Virus record (IMG/VR): IMGVR_UViG_3300048630_000721
Coordinates: 1-49,775 of that record
Source of the DNA: a virus
Lineage: Duplodnaviria; Caudoviricetes
DNA length: 49,775 nucleotides
Strand: one strand, 5' to 3'
Numbering within the stretch: position 1 is the stretch's first letter; each line of letters begins with the position of its first letter. A model generated the notes under the pieces. It ran no database searches. It was not told where the DNA came from and saw only the letters and a program-made list of their open reading frames with translations. A program made the translations under genes and the position numbers. Positions 1-8,430 of the stretch are shown one piece after another.

Positions 1-429
1 TCACGCTGCCAGCGGCGAGCTACTCTTCTTGACCCACCTCTCAGCCAGGGCGCGACACCCGAAAACCCTCAGCGTCCCGAGCGGCTCGGCCACAACACAA
101 CTTCCATCCTCGAAGCGGTGCAGTTCGTACCCATCAGGGCGAGCCCACAGGCACTCGGGGCCGTCGCCGTCGAAGCACTCGGCGTCGAGTGACTGCTCTG
201 CGAGCGACCAGGAGACGAGTGCGTCGGCGAGCTCTGCGTCGATGCCTTCGGGCAGCGAGTCACGGACGCGCCCGAGGCACTGGCGAAGGATGGTGAGCAG
301 CTCAGGGTCGGCGACCTCGTCAAGCTGGTCAGCGACCTCGAGCCAGCAGTCGGTCAGCAGTGGGTTGGATTCGAGCTCTCGGACATAGCCGATGAGGTAG
401 CGGTCAGCGTTTTCGATGTTGTCGTTCAT
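1..429 (-). CDS. Hypothetical protein (possible distant member of the GELRS..W family)
   Basis: ATG at 429 with GGAGG SD; acidic protein; N-terminal GYVRELESNPLLTDCWLEVADQL resembles the start of 26601-27221. Confidence 0.7.
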   Translation of the reverse strand: MNDNIENADRYLIGYVRELESNPLLTDCWLEVADQLDEVADPELLTILRQCLGRVRDSLPEGIDAELADALVSWSLAEQSLDAECFDGDGPECLWARPDGYELHRFEDGSCVVAEPLGTLRVFGCRALAERWVKKSSSPLAA

Positions 430-787
430 AGCGTGCCTCCTATCGCTTACAACAACAAATATAGATGCAAGTTGGTTTATGCATAGCTTTTGGATGATCG
501 TGTGACGAGCAAAACGGGTGGTGTTTTTGAACGAGGGATCGCCAGTAGCCAGATAGACCCACCCCCAAAGCAGGCGCAATTCGACTCACACAGACGCTTC
601 GTGATTAACCCACGAAATCGGGGAAGAAGCAGCAAAACAGCGTAAGCACTTGGAGCCAAAGCCAATAAAATATCAACGGGGTTGTGCGGAATGCACTGCT
701 TTCGTGCACGAGGCGTTTTGCATTGCCAGCAGTTTATGGGGTGGAGGATATAGGCATATGCAAATTCAATTCACCGAAAGGACCACC

Positions 788-1150
788 ATGAGAATCACAT
801 ACACACAGAAATTCATCGATTTGATCCTCGAACTGCGCTTCGGAACAGGGCAGTCATACGACAGCCTCGCGACGGACTGGGGCGTGAATGTCAAGACGGT
901 CAAGAAGTGGGTCAAAGAGGCCGAGGCGCGCGGCCTGGCCGATGAGTATCGAGAGCGATATGCGAGGAAGTATGCGTCAACAGCCCAGGCGACGGCGCTC
1001 GAAGAACTGACGCTAGAGAGAGAACGCTTGTTGGGAAGGGTCAGCGAGCTCGAGAAAGAGCTCGCAGGAGAGCAGGAGAAGGTCGCGAGACTGGAGACGT
1101 TGCCAGCCGTGATCGAAGCCGCGCTGCGGATGCACACCTCATACGCCTGA
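788..1150 (+). CDS. HTH DNA-binding protein with C-terminal coiled coil
   Basis: SYDSLATDWGVNVKTVKKWVK is HTH-like; heptad-rich C-terminus; ATG 788 after GAAAGGA. Confidence 0.7.
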   Translation: MRITYTQKFIDLILELRFGTGQSYDSLATDWGVNVKTVKKWVKEAEARGLADEYRERYARKYASTAQATALEELTLERERLLGRVSELEKELAGEQEKVARLETLPAVIEAALRMHTSYA

Positions 1151-1157
1151 GCGTAGG

Positions 1158-3332
1158 CTAGTTGTGTTTGCGAATGAACGCATCGAGGTGCTCGACCAAG
1201 CTCCTTAGTTCCAGAGGAACGGCTTCTTCCCAACTGCCTCCTTCCTCGAAAATCTGCTGCCTATAGTAGCCCACGGCGAATGTTGCGAGCTCCTTCTTGC
1301 GAAGCGTAGACAGCGTCCCCTTCCCCTCAGAACTTCTATCTCCGTCACTCCAGACACGCCCTCCAGTATCGGTGATAGCCTGCCTGTTCATCTCCTCCCT
1401 GAAAACATCACCCAAATACCAAACACGCAATTCTTCGTCTGTCACGCTCAGCGGTGTTGCTTCGGAGCACGTGATCTTAAAATAGGCTGTCAGCAAGTCA
1501 CGAGGGTGGAGGTTCTCCAGTTCGCGGACCTCCAACAATCCAAAGCGATCCTTCAGTTTTTCTTGCAGTTTAATATGTCGTGTAAGTTTGGCTGGTATGG
1601 CCTTTGACTCCCAATCTGCCGGAACCAATGAGGCATATGCTTTACCTTCCAAGTCAGCAAACTTCCCATCCACAACATCCCAAACAATTTGCTTATACTC
1701 ACCCTCGCTCTCGCGCTTCCACTCATACCAACGACCCTTGTTTTCTTCGTCTTCGACCCTAAATAGACCATCAGAGTCACTCACAAAAAAGACATCTTTG
1801 CTTACCTTTTCGACATCAAGCCCCTCGTCCCCGGCAACCCATTTTAGCTTGGAGATCAAACTGCCCCCCAAGAAGACGAATGAGTAATGGAGATCCTCCA
1901 AAAGCCTCAATCCGACCTCCTCTCTCTCAGCCAGCCAGTCCTGATAAAGCTCCAGAAGACCGACGAGCGTCTCTCTGTCTGTCGGCCCTTCAACCCAAAT
2001 CGTGCAATTGACCAAGACAACGGAGCTGGGACGAGCACCGAGCAACCTCACTGCTTCGAGCGCATCTCGATCTTTCCAGGACACAGCCACCCCATCCTCT
2101 TTCCGCTGGAAAGTATAGATAGAGACATCCTCATGAGCGGTTGACATATCCAGGAAGTGATTCGAGTGGGTAGTCATGAAGATCTGGACGCCGTCGAAGT
2201 CCCTCCAAGAGTCCAACAAGACCCTCTGGAGTCCCGGATGCAAGTGAACCTCGGGTTCTTCGATGTAAAACTGAACGTAGCGATCCTCTCCTTTGTGCTC
2301 GGGCCCGCGTTGCTTCATGTAGGGCAAAAAAGTCAGCGCAATCATTGCTTGGGTTCCATCTCCCCACTGCTCGATGGGGTGCTCTCGCTCACCTACCATA
2401 AGATGGACGCGATTTTCTGTTTCTTCATCCATCCCTTCTTCTCTGGGAGTAAGAGCTACACGCTGCCCTTTGAAAAACCGTCTGGACAACCACTGCTGAT
2501 ATTCCGTCACCCGAGCACGCTTCTCTGGCCTACCTAACAAATATTCCTTAAGGGTTTTAAAAAACTCATGACCAGTAAAGATCACCTGCCCTTTTTTCAA
2601 CTCAGCATAATCACTTTCGGTTCGTTTTTTATAAGGTTCTTCACCTCCCAAAATCCTCAAACCGCGTAAGGTTGGAACATAATATTTCTCAGTCGGAGAG
2701 TCGACCCACCTGGCAACGTCTTCAAACTTACTCTTAAGCCTGGACAGCGAACCAGAACTAATCCTAGACGAACCAAGACCATCACCTGTGCAATACATAA
2801 CCCCGTTTCTGGAGTTATTAACACCTAACACCACCTCTTGAGACACTCCCATAAGTTTACTAAAATTCGCCATCACATTTCCATCTAAAGATATCCGCCC
2901 CAGAACAGCACTAAAATCAAACCTCTTCCCACTACTTTCTAAGAACCATTCGTCACCATCTTGCAAGATCAAACGAACCAAACAAATCCAAGCCATCGAA
3001 TTCATCCAACGAGAATTAAAAACATCAACATCAAAACTGGCAACAACCAACTCATAAAAAACCCTACCCCTATCCTTTTCGCCAAAAGATCTCACCCAAA
3101 AATCTCGAGCAAAACGAACACACTCACCAAACTCATCACCCACAAAAACCTTCTTGTAAGAACTTACACTAGACACAAATCTCATCAGGCGAGACTTTCC
3201 CACATTATTCTCCCCAACAAACACATTAATCTTTGAAAGCTTTTCGAGTTCAAAACGATCTTTGGCTTCAAAATAATGGGATTCTCTCACGTCATTGGGA
3301 AAAACAACCTGGTCCGGCAACATTTCTGGCAT
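1158..3332 (-). CDS. OLD-family ATP-dependent nuclease (ABC ATPase + TOPRIM), candidate anti-phage moron
   Basis: Walker A GENNVGKS, signature-like WGDGTQ, Walker B/D-loop YIEEPEVHLHP, H-loop TTHS, TOPRIM VEGPTD and SDSD, C-terminal ELEN; visibly lower GC than the phage core. Confidence 0.85.
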   Translation of the reverse strand: MPEMLPDQVVFPNDVRESHYFEAKDRFELEKLSKINVFVGENNVGKSRLMRFVSSVSSYKKVFVGDEFGECVRFARDFWVRSFGEKDRGRVFYELVVASFDVDVFNSRWMNSMAWICLVRLILQDGDEWFLESSGKRFDFSAVLGRISLDGNVMANFSKLMGVSQEVVLGVNNSRNGVMYCTGDGLGSSRISSGSLSRLKSKFEDVARWVDSPTEKYYVPTLRGLRILGGEEPYKKRTESDYAELKKGQVIFTGHEFFKTLKEYLLGRPEKRARVTEYQQWLSRRFFKGQRVALTPREEGMDEETENRVHLMVGEREHPIEQWGDGTQAMIALTFLPYMKQRGPEHKGEDRYVQFYIEEPEVHLHPGLQRVLLDSWRDFDGVQIFMTTHSNHFLDMSTAHEDVSIYTFQRKEDGVAVSWKDRDALEAVRLLGARPSSVVLVNCTIWVEGPTDRETLVGLLELYQDWLAEREEVGLRLLEDLHYSFVFLGGSLISKLKWVAGDEGLDVEKVSKDVFFVSDSDGLFRVEDEENKGRWYEWKRESEGEYKQIVWDVVDGKFADLEGKAYASLVPADWESKAIPAKLTRHIKLQEKLKDRFGLLEVRELENLHPRDLLTAYFKITCSEATPLSVTDEELRVWYLGDVFREEMNRQAITDTGGRVWSDGDRSSEGKGTLSTLRKKELATFAVGYYRQQIFEEGGSWEEAVPLELRSLVEHLDAFIRKHN

Positions 3333-3490
3333 AGATACACTCCGCCTCTAAAAAAAACCTCAGTTAGTTATTGGCGAGATACTACCTCCTGAAAGGTGCT
3401 GTGTCACTTATTTGCAACCCCGAGCAACATCCCGGCTATCCCTCCCGATAACCGATCAAAGGCGCACGTCGCGCCCGCATCGGAGGTCAC

Positions 3491-3841
3491 ATGCACTGGA
3501 TGGAGATCGAGGAAAGGCAGCAGCTCACCGAAGAATTGGCGGCGCGTGGTGTCCGGTTGGACGAAGGAAGGGAGTGGTGGCAAGTCGGCTTGATGCTAGA
3601 GTGCAGTCTCCAGATAGAAACGAGACCGCAACCGGAGGCATCGTGGAACCAGACTGGAATGAACTCGCTGGCGAGCTACGGAGCGCGCTCGCCGCTCGAA
3701 ACTGGGGCGAGGCAGGCGCCGTCATCTGGCGCCTTCGACAACTCGACCAGGAGCGCTACACGCTCGAACTCGAGCACTACACCAACCAACAAGTGGGGAA
3801 AGGAGGGAGAGGCGTGGCACTGGAAACAGAGCAAAGGCTAG
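3491..3841 (+). CDS. Hypothetical protein; only the first ~45 codons look coding
   Basis: GGAGG SD and ATG; LAARGV-x7-WW motif shared with the C-terminus of 29843-30172; 3' part overlaps the next gene in another frame. Confidence 0.4.
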   Translation: MHWMEIEERQQLTEELAARGVRLDEGREWWQVGLMLECSLQIETRPQPEASWNQTGMNSLASYGARSPLETGARQAPSSGAFDNSTRSATRSNSSTTPTNKWGKEGEAWHWKQSKG

Positions 3842-4128
3842 AGGCAGTAAGGCAGTGGGTTCGCGAATGCCTTGAGGGAGAGCATAGCGATAAATGGCGC
3901 ACATGTTTCGAGCAGCTTCTCGGCGGGGTATCCAAGAAACGCGCTCAACCTAGCGTTTTCCATGAAGGCGACTACTGGTCAGACTACCTGCCCTACTCGA
4001 CATCCCTTGCATGGGAAGGTCAGGCATTCGGTGTTGGCGAAAAAGAAAACTATGCTGAGTTTTTGCGGCAAGACATGGCTGACGTCATCTGGAGTGTCTT
4101 TGTCGAGGCTGGGGAGCCGGACAAATAA
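3643..4128 (+). CDS. Hypothetical protein, GELRS..W N-terminal module family
   Basis: GTG 3643 after GGAGG; AGELRSALAARNWGE matches FGELRSALERRAWSE of 28033-28431. Confidence 0.65.
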   Translation: MEPDWNELAGELRSALAARNWGEAGAVIWRLRQLDQERYTLELEHYTNQQVGKGGRGVALETEQRLEAVRQWVRECLEGEHSDKWRTCFEQLLGGVSKKRAQPSVFHEGDYWSDYLPYSTSLAWEGQAFGVGEKENYAEFLRQDMADVIWSVFVEAGEPDK

Positions 4129-4156
4129 CGATGCTAAGTGCAGAGAGTCCAACCGT

Positions 4157-4645
4157 CTACTTCTTTGCAGGCCAGAACAACGCAACCAGGCCGACGACCA
4201 CCAGCCCGCTACCACCAGCGATCAACGCCGCGTCGGGCTGGTGCACCTCGCCGCCCCCAGTGTCACGTGCCGCGCCCCACGTCGCGATCAGCGCGCCCGT
4301 GACCATCAACGTCCCTGCGATGCCGTCCTTCGCGCTCGGGCGTCGTCGCAGTCCGCGGTTCTCGATCTTCAGGTTGGCGTTGTCGACCGAGAGCTCTGCG
4401 ATCCTTCGACCATCGTCGATCCTCTCCGCCGAGCACTGAGGCAGCCGCTCGAGGCACACCTCGCATCGCGTCCTAGTCGTCGAGGAGGTCGCGGAGTTCG
4501 GCTTCGAGCTCTGCGTCGATGCGCTCGCGCTCTGCTCTGCTCGCGTCGTCGAACTCGATGGCGGCGCTGGCGCCCTGCTCTGCGCGCTCGCGACGCTCGG
4601 GAGTGACATCAGGGTGATCATCAGGAATAGAGTCAGCCATTTCAT
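4157..4645 (-). CDS. Secreted/membrane protein (signal peptide, Ser/Thr linker, coiled coil, C-terminal hydrophobic segments); spanin-like candidate
   Basis: MKWLTLFLMITLMSLPSVASA signal peptide; overlaps the upstream gene by about 170 nt; last gene of the lysis block. Confidence 0.6.
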   Translation of the reverse strand: MKWLTLFLMITLMSLPSVASAQSRAPAPPSSSTTRAEQSASASTQSSKPNSATSSTTRTRCEVCLERLPQCSAERIDDGRRIAELSVDNANLKIENRGLRRRPSAKDGIAGTLMVTGALIATWGAARDTGGGEVHQPDAALIAGGSGLVVVGLVALFWPAKK

Positions 4646-4871
4646 CGAGGTACTCCGGTGGTTTGGTCGGTAGCGCGTCGGCGGGTTCGGCCTGGTCGCC
4701 GCTGCGAGCAAAGAGCGTCATCGCCCAGAGCACGCCGATCGGTGGCAGCGCCAGCGCGAGCAGCACGAGCAACACACGACGATCCCTGGTGATGGCGTAG
4801 GCCGTCGCGCTCGAGACGACGGCGGCGCCCCAGAGACAGAGCACGCCGATGTGCCACGCGGTGAACTCCAT
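4473..4871 (-). CDS. Two-TM membrane protein with acidic helical tail; inner-spanin-like candidate
   Basis: ATG 4871 coupled by TGATG to the receiver gene; two hydrophobic segments then a charged helix. Confidence 0.65.
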   Translation of the reverse strand: MEFTAWHIGVLCLWGAAVVSSATAYAITRDRRVLLVLLALALPPIGVLWAMTLFARSGDQAEPADALPTKPPEYLDEMADSIPDDHPDVTPERRERAEQGASAAIEFDDASRAERERIDAELEAELRDLLDD

Positions 4872-5275
4872 CACGACGCCTCCGAGAGCATCGCGCCCCA
4901 GCGGCGCTCGAGCTTGGCGACAAACTCGCCGAGCTTCTTGCTGCTCGAAGTCTTTAGGTAGTAGCCCGCGGCGCCCGCGTCCCGGACCTCCTTGATCGTG
5001 TCGGGGTCGTCTGACGAGCTCATGATGTAAATCGGCGTCTCGTCGAGCCACGCGAACTCGCGCTCGCGCCGAAGCAGCCGCAACAGCTCGAGCCCGGTCA
5101 TGCCGTCTCTGGAGAGGTGGAGATCGAGCAGGATGATCAGCGGCGCCTCGACCTCATCGAGCCGAAGCAGCGTCAGCGCTTGCTCGGCGGAGTTGGCGAG
5201 CCACGTCACCCCTTCGACGCGACGCTCGAGCGCGTACTGGTCGATCGCGTCGTCCTCAATCAGCAGAAGCTTCAC
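4871..5275 (-). CDS. Single-domain response regulator receiver (CheY/Rcp1-like)
   Basis: LLLIEDD acidic pocket, ILLDLHL phospho-acceptor Asp, G-LELL, IMSSS, YYLK conserved Lys; GTG start with GAGGAG SD. Confidence 0.92.
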   Translation of the reverse strand: MKLLLIEDDAIDQYALERRVEGVTWLANSAEQALTLLRLDEVEAPLIILLDLHLSRDGMTGLELLRLLRREREFAWLDETPIYIMSSSDDPDTIKEVRDAGAAGYYLKTSSSKKLGEFVAKLERRWGAMLSEAS

Positions 5276-5861
5276 TCGACTCCTCCTCTAGCGTCCTCTC
5301 GATCTGCTCGATCGTCAGCGTGTCTGCGGTGCCAGGGAGCGAGTGGTGCTGCCCCCTCCTCGCCCGCTCGTGGTGCTGGAGCGAGGCCCACGCCGCGATC
5401 AGCTTGAGCTTCTCGGGGCGCTCCTCGACGAGCCGCCACGCACGGACAAGCTGGTTGCGATCCTCGAGGTAGCGCTCCGCCTTGAGCTCTGCCTCTGTCA
5501 CCCAGCCGCGAAGCTGCGCGGTCTCGTCGCGCTGCTCGGAGATCACCTCGGCCTGACGCTTGATTTCAGCGTCCTTTGCCTCGATCGTGGCCTTGTGACC
5601 CTCGATCTCGAGCTCGAGCCGCGCGATCAGCTTTGCCTGGGAGGCGTCGGCCTCGGCCTTGCTCTTCTCGGCCTGGTCGAGCGTCCAGTCGAGGCGCTTT
5701 TGCTCGGAACTCAACTTGAACGAGCTGATCCCGCCGAGCCGTTCGAGCAGAAACTCGCCGACCTGCCTCGCGTACAAAATCCCGATAAAGGCTGCGGCAA
5801 GGAGAAGCCCCGGCCACGAGTCGGGGATCTGGCTCATGTCGATTTGTGCGAAGAGTGTCAT
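5256..5861 (-). CDS. N-terminal TM + long coiled-coil protein in lysis cassette
   Basis: ATG 5861 overlaps the upstream stop (ATGA); WPGLLLAAAFIGILY TM followed by about 100 aa of heptad-like helix. Confidence 0.75.
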   Translation of the reverse strand: MTLFAQIDMSQIPDSWPGLLLAAAFIGILYARQVGEFLLERLGGISSFKLSSEQKRLDWTLDQAEKSKAEADASQAKLIARLELEIEGHKATIEAKDAEIKRQAEVISEQRDETAQLRGWVTEAELKAERYLEDRNQLVRAWRLVEERPEKLKLIAAWASLQHHERARRGQHHSLPGTADTLTIEQIERTLEEESSEASAD

Positions 5862-6175
5862 GGCCCAGACCGACGAATAAAGACGAGCGCGGTGGCGAGA
5901 CCGAGCGCGACGACCACCCAGGCTGGCGAGCGCGAAAACACCGCCACCCAGGAAACCGACAGGAATTGAACGAGCGACGCCCCCTCGAGCGCGACGCGCT
6001 TGCGATACTTCCACGACGCGACCACCGCGCCCGCCGCGACCACGGCGACGACTACCCCGGCGAGGATCGCCCCCGCGGAGTAGTAAAACGCGACGTTTAC
6101 GCCATGGATGATCGTGGCGATCGACGCAATCAGCGCCGCCGCTCCCCCGAGCTTGATCTTCTCGAGGTTGGTCAT
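5858..6175 (-). CDS. Small multi-pass membrane protein (holin/antiholin candidate)
   Basis: 105 aa, 3-4 hydrophobic segments, GAGGG SD, inside the lysis block. Confidence 0.7.
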   Translation of the reverse strand: MTNLEKIKLGGAAALIASIATIIHGVNVAFYYSAGAILAGVVVAVVAAGAVVASWKYRKRVALEGASLVQFLSVSWVAVFSRSPAWVVVALGLATALVFIRRSGP

Positions 6176-6208
6176 GCTGCTGCCCTCGTATTGGTTGCGT
6201 GGTTGCGC

Positions 6209-6475
6209 TCAGTGCCCGACATCGAACATCTCCTCTTCGAGCGGCGCTGGTAGAGCCTTCGGCCTTTCGGCTGCCACCGCCGTCGCCAGCGTCTTGGCGT
6301 ATCCTCGGTGCGTCGCTGCGTTCGCGGCACCATAGGCCGCGCCGACGCCGAGCGCGAGCGTCACCCACTCCGCGCCCGACAGCTTCGTCAGAAACAGGGC
6401 TACGGTGCCGATCGCCAGGATCACCAGCGACAGCACCCACTTTCGCCCGCCTGCTTTCTCGATAAGCTCTCTCAC
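6209..6475 (-). CDS. Putative holin
   Basis: GTG overlapping the endolysin stop; GGRKW followed by two TM segments and a charged C-terminus. Confidence 0.65.
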   Translation of the reverse strand: MRELIEKAGGRKWVLSLVILAIGTVALFLTKLSGAEWVTLALGVGAAYGAANAATHRGYAKTLATAVAAERPKALPAPLEEEMFDVGH

Positions 6476-7341
6476 GCCATCACCTCCTCCCAACGCAGCG
6501 GCGCCGGGTCACTCTTTCTCGTTGTCAACTGGTAGTGTCCGAGCACCCCGTTAAAGAGGTGGGCATCCTCGATGACGCCATGAATCGGGCCGTCTTCGTC
6601 TCGCGGGTAGTCGAGCGGGATGCCGAACGCCTCGGTGAGCAAGTGCAGCAGCTTGGCGAAGCTCGTGATCTGCTCGTCGAAGTAAGAGAGGCGCCGGTAG
6701 CGCGTCCCGTGGATGGTCGCGACCTCGACCTGCCTCGCCCTCCCCCGCCGCTTCTTATCGCTCTCGAGGTACTTGGGATCGGCGGGGTTGTTGAGATCGA
6801 CGCCGATGCTCCCTGGATTCACCCGATGCCCCGCGTCGGTGACGCCACCATGCCAGGTGTAGCGCGTCGCGGGGTCGTGGTACTGCCAGATGGTCCCGCG
6901 CTCGTCGCCGTCGATGCAAAAGTGCGTGGAGTAGCCCCGCTTCTTGAGGACGCGATGCGTCGAAAGCGCGCTGTAGGTCACATCATAGTGCGTGATGACC
7001 TGGTGGGGCTTGACGCGGCGCTGGCTCGAGTTCGTCGTCGCGAGCTCCCAATCGTCGAGGTAGGTGTGGGTCGGCACCATCACCTCGTGGGCGCGAGCGC
7101 CAATGATGATCAGCCCGTTGCCCTTCTCTCTCACCGCGTCGACTTGGCGCCGGTAGTCCTCCCTGACACAAGCGTCGATGGTCGCGGGTCCGGGGTAGTC
7201 GTCGACCGCGACGCCGAGCTCGCGTTGCAAGCCCTTGATCTGCTCGGGCGTCGGAGTCCCTTCGATGCCGGTCCACTTCGGCCAGCCGGTCGGCGTGAAG
7301 ATCGGCGCAGTTCGCTCGATATAGTCTCTGGCGTTGCTCAT
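6472..7341 (-). CDS. Endolysin, N-acetylmuramoyl-L-alanine amidase (Amidase_2-like) with N-terminal peptidoglycan-binding-like segment
   Basis: VITHYD, STHFCID, TWHGG, N-SIGVDL, VLGH..RKSDP motifs; N-terminal IKGLQRELGVAVDDYPGPAT. Confidence 0.88.
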   Translation of the reverse strand: MSNARDYIERTAPIFTPTGWPKWTGIEGTPTPEQIKGLQRELGVAVDDYPGPATIDACVREDYRRQVDAVREKGNGLIIIGARAHEVMVPTHTYLDDWELATTNSSQRRVKPHQVITHYDVTYSALSTHRVLKKRGYSTHFCIDGDERGTIWQYHDPATRYTWHGGVTDAGHRVNPGSIGVDLNNPADPKYLESDKKRRGRARQVEVATIHGTRYRRLSYFDEQITSFAKLLHLLTEAFGIPLDYPRDEDGPIHGVIEDAHLFNGVLGHYQLTTRKSDPAPLRWEEVMA

Positions 7342-7661
7342 GACTCGATGTCCTCCATGGGGACCGTCTTCCCGGCGAGTTTGTGGGTGCTGTCGCCGCA
7401 GTATTGGATCTGCCCGTTTCGCACATGGAAGTGGCATTGATAGTCGAGTTCTGCGCCGTATCTCACCCTGACCGATGGCGTGAGCGTCGGGCGCTCCAGG
7501 TCGCCGTTAAAGCCCCAGTCCTCAGGCTCACCTGTTTGCACTGGGATCGAATGCTGGTCTGGCAGGTCATAGACCTGGCCGTCGCCGTACACTGCCTGCG
7601 ATGCAGCGCACGCGGGGCACTTGAACGTGAGGTATCCGCCGCCGATCTTTGCCTTGCTCAT
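7338..7661 (-). CDS. DUF6527-like small Cys/His protein
   Basis: FKCPAC...H...WGFNGDLERPTLTPSV...CHFHVRNGQIQYCGDSTH pattern. Confidence 0.75.
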   Translation of the reverse strand: MSKAKIGGGYLTFKCPACAASQAVYGDGQVYDLPDQHSIPVQTGEPEDWGFNGDLERPTLTPSVRVRYGAELDYQCHFHVRNGQIQYCGDSTHKLAGKTVPMEDIES

Positions 7662-8044
7662 GCTGGAGCCTCCTTGCTCATGACCCAGGTGACGCAGCCC
7701 ACCGAGAGCCCGGCGAGTACGATGATGATCGAGGGGTAGCGTCGCGCGATCCATCCACCGAGGAGCCAGTCGACCACACCCGCGACCAAGACGAGCGAAG
7801 CCATGATGGCGAACCCGATCACGCCCGGCTTGGGGAGATCGAGATCCCTCGAGCACCAGTGCCCGAGGCAGATCGCGACGAACAGCGGGATGGCGAGGTT
7901 GAGATCAAACAGCGTGGAGATGGCCGCCGAGATGGTGTTCCCCACCTTGCCGTCAAGCCAAGCCGCGATGTTAAAGAGGCCATAGACAGCGGCGACCACG
8001 AGGGCGGACGCGCCAAACCATTGGGGCAGAGTTCGCTTCTTCAT
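7658..8044 (-). CDS. Four-TM membrane protein
   Basis: Four hydrophobic segments; ATGA coupling at both ends; GGAGG SD. Confidence 0.75.
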   Translation of the reverse strand: MKKRTLPQWFGASALVVAAVYGLFNIAAWLDGKVGNTISAAISTLFDLNLAIPLFVAICLGHWCSRDLDLPKPGVIGFAIMASLVLVAGVVDWLLGGWIARRYPSIIIVLAGLSVGCVTWVMSKEAPA

Positions 8045-8430
8045 GACACCTCCCAGGTCAGCGGATCGTCATCGTCGCCAAGCTCTACGCCGAGCAGCGC
8101 GTCGAGCCACGCATCGTCGCGACCCCACGTCACCTCGTTGCCCTCTTCGTCGAGGAACGGCTGATCTTCTGCGTCGAGCGGCAGCGGCGGCCTCTCCGCC
8201 ACCCACTCGAGCGCTCGGATAAAGTCGGGCGCGTGCTCCTCGAGCCACTGATCGCTCGTCTTGAACAGCACCCACAAACGATCCGGCGAAACCCTGAGCG
8301 CAAACTTCCTCATCACACGGCGCTGCCTGGTGCCGACGAGCCCGGCCTGAGCCATTTGACCCAGCCGCTCGACGCTGCCGAGCAGCCACCGGGCTTCGTG
8401 CCCTTTCTCAATGGCGAAAGTCCCCATCAC
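8041..8430 (-). CDS. Hypothetical protein
   Basis: Coupled to both neighbours; phage-like codon usage. Confidence 0.65.
   Translation of the reverse strand: MMGTFAIEKGHEARWLLGSVERLGQMAQAGLVGTRQRRVMRKFALRVSPDRLWVLFKTSDQWLEEHAPDFIRALEWVAERPPLPLDAEDQPFLDEEGNEVTWGRDDAWLDALLGVELGDDDDPLTWEVS

Noticed and set aside
1-60. attL/attR direct repeat at the window ends
   Set aside because: No matching repeat seen between the two ends; the window starts and ends exactly at stop codons, so att sites probably lie outside.
788-1150. IS3-type transposase OrfA
   Set aside because: HTH plus coiled coil fits, but there is no DDE OrfB, frameshift site or terminal inverted repeat nearby.
1158-4128. Gabija or retron defence operon
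   Set aside because: No UvrD-like helicase or reverse transcriptase next to the OLD-family gene.
5862-6440. N-terminal extension of the 394-aa ORF 5256-6440
   Set aside because: Arg/Gly-rich off-frame read-through of two membrane genes; the real start is likely ATG 5861, coupled to the upstream stop.
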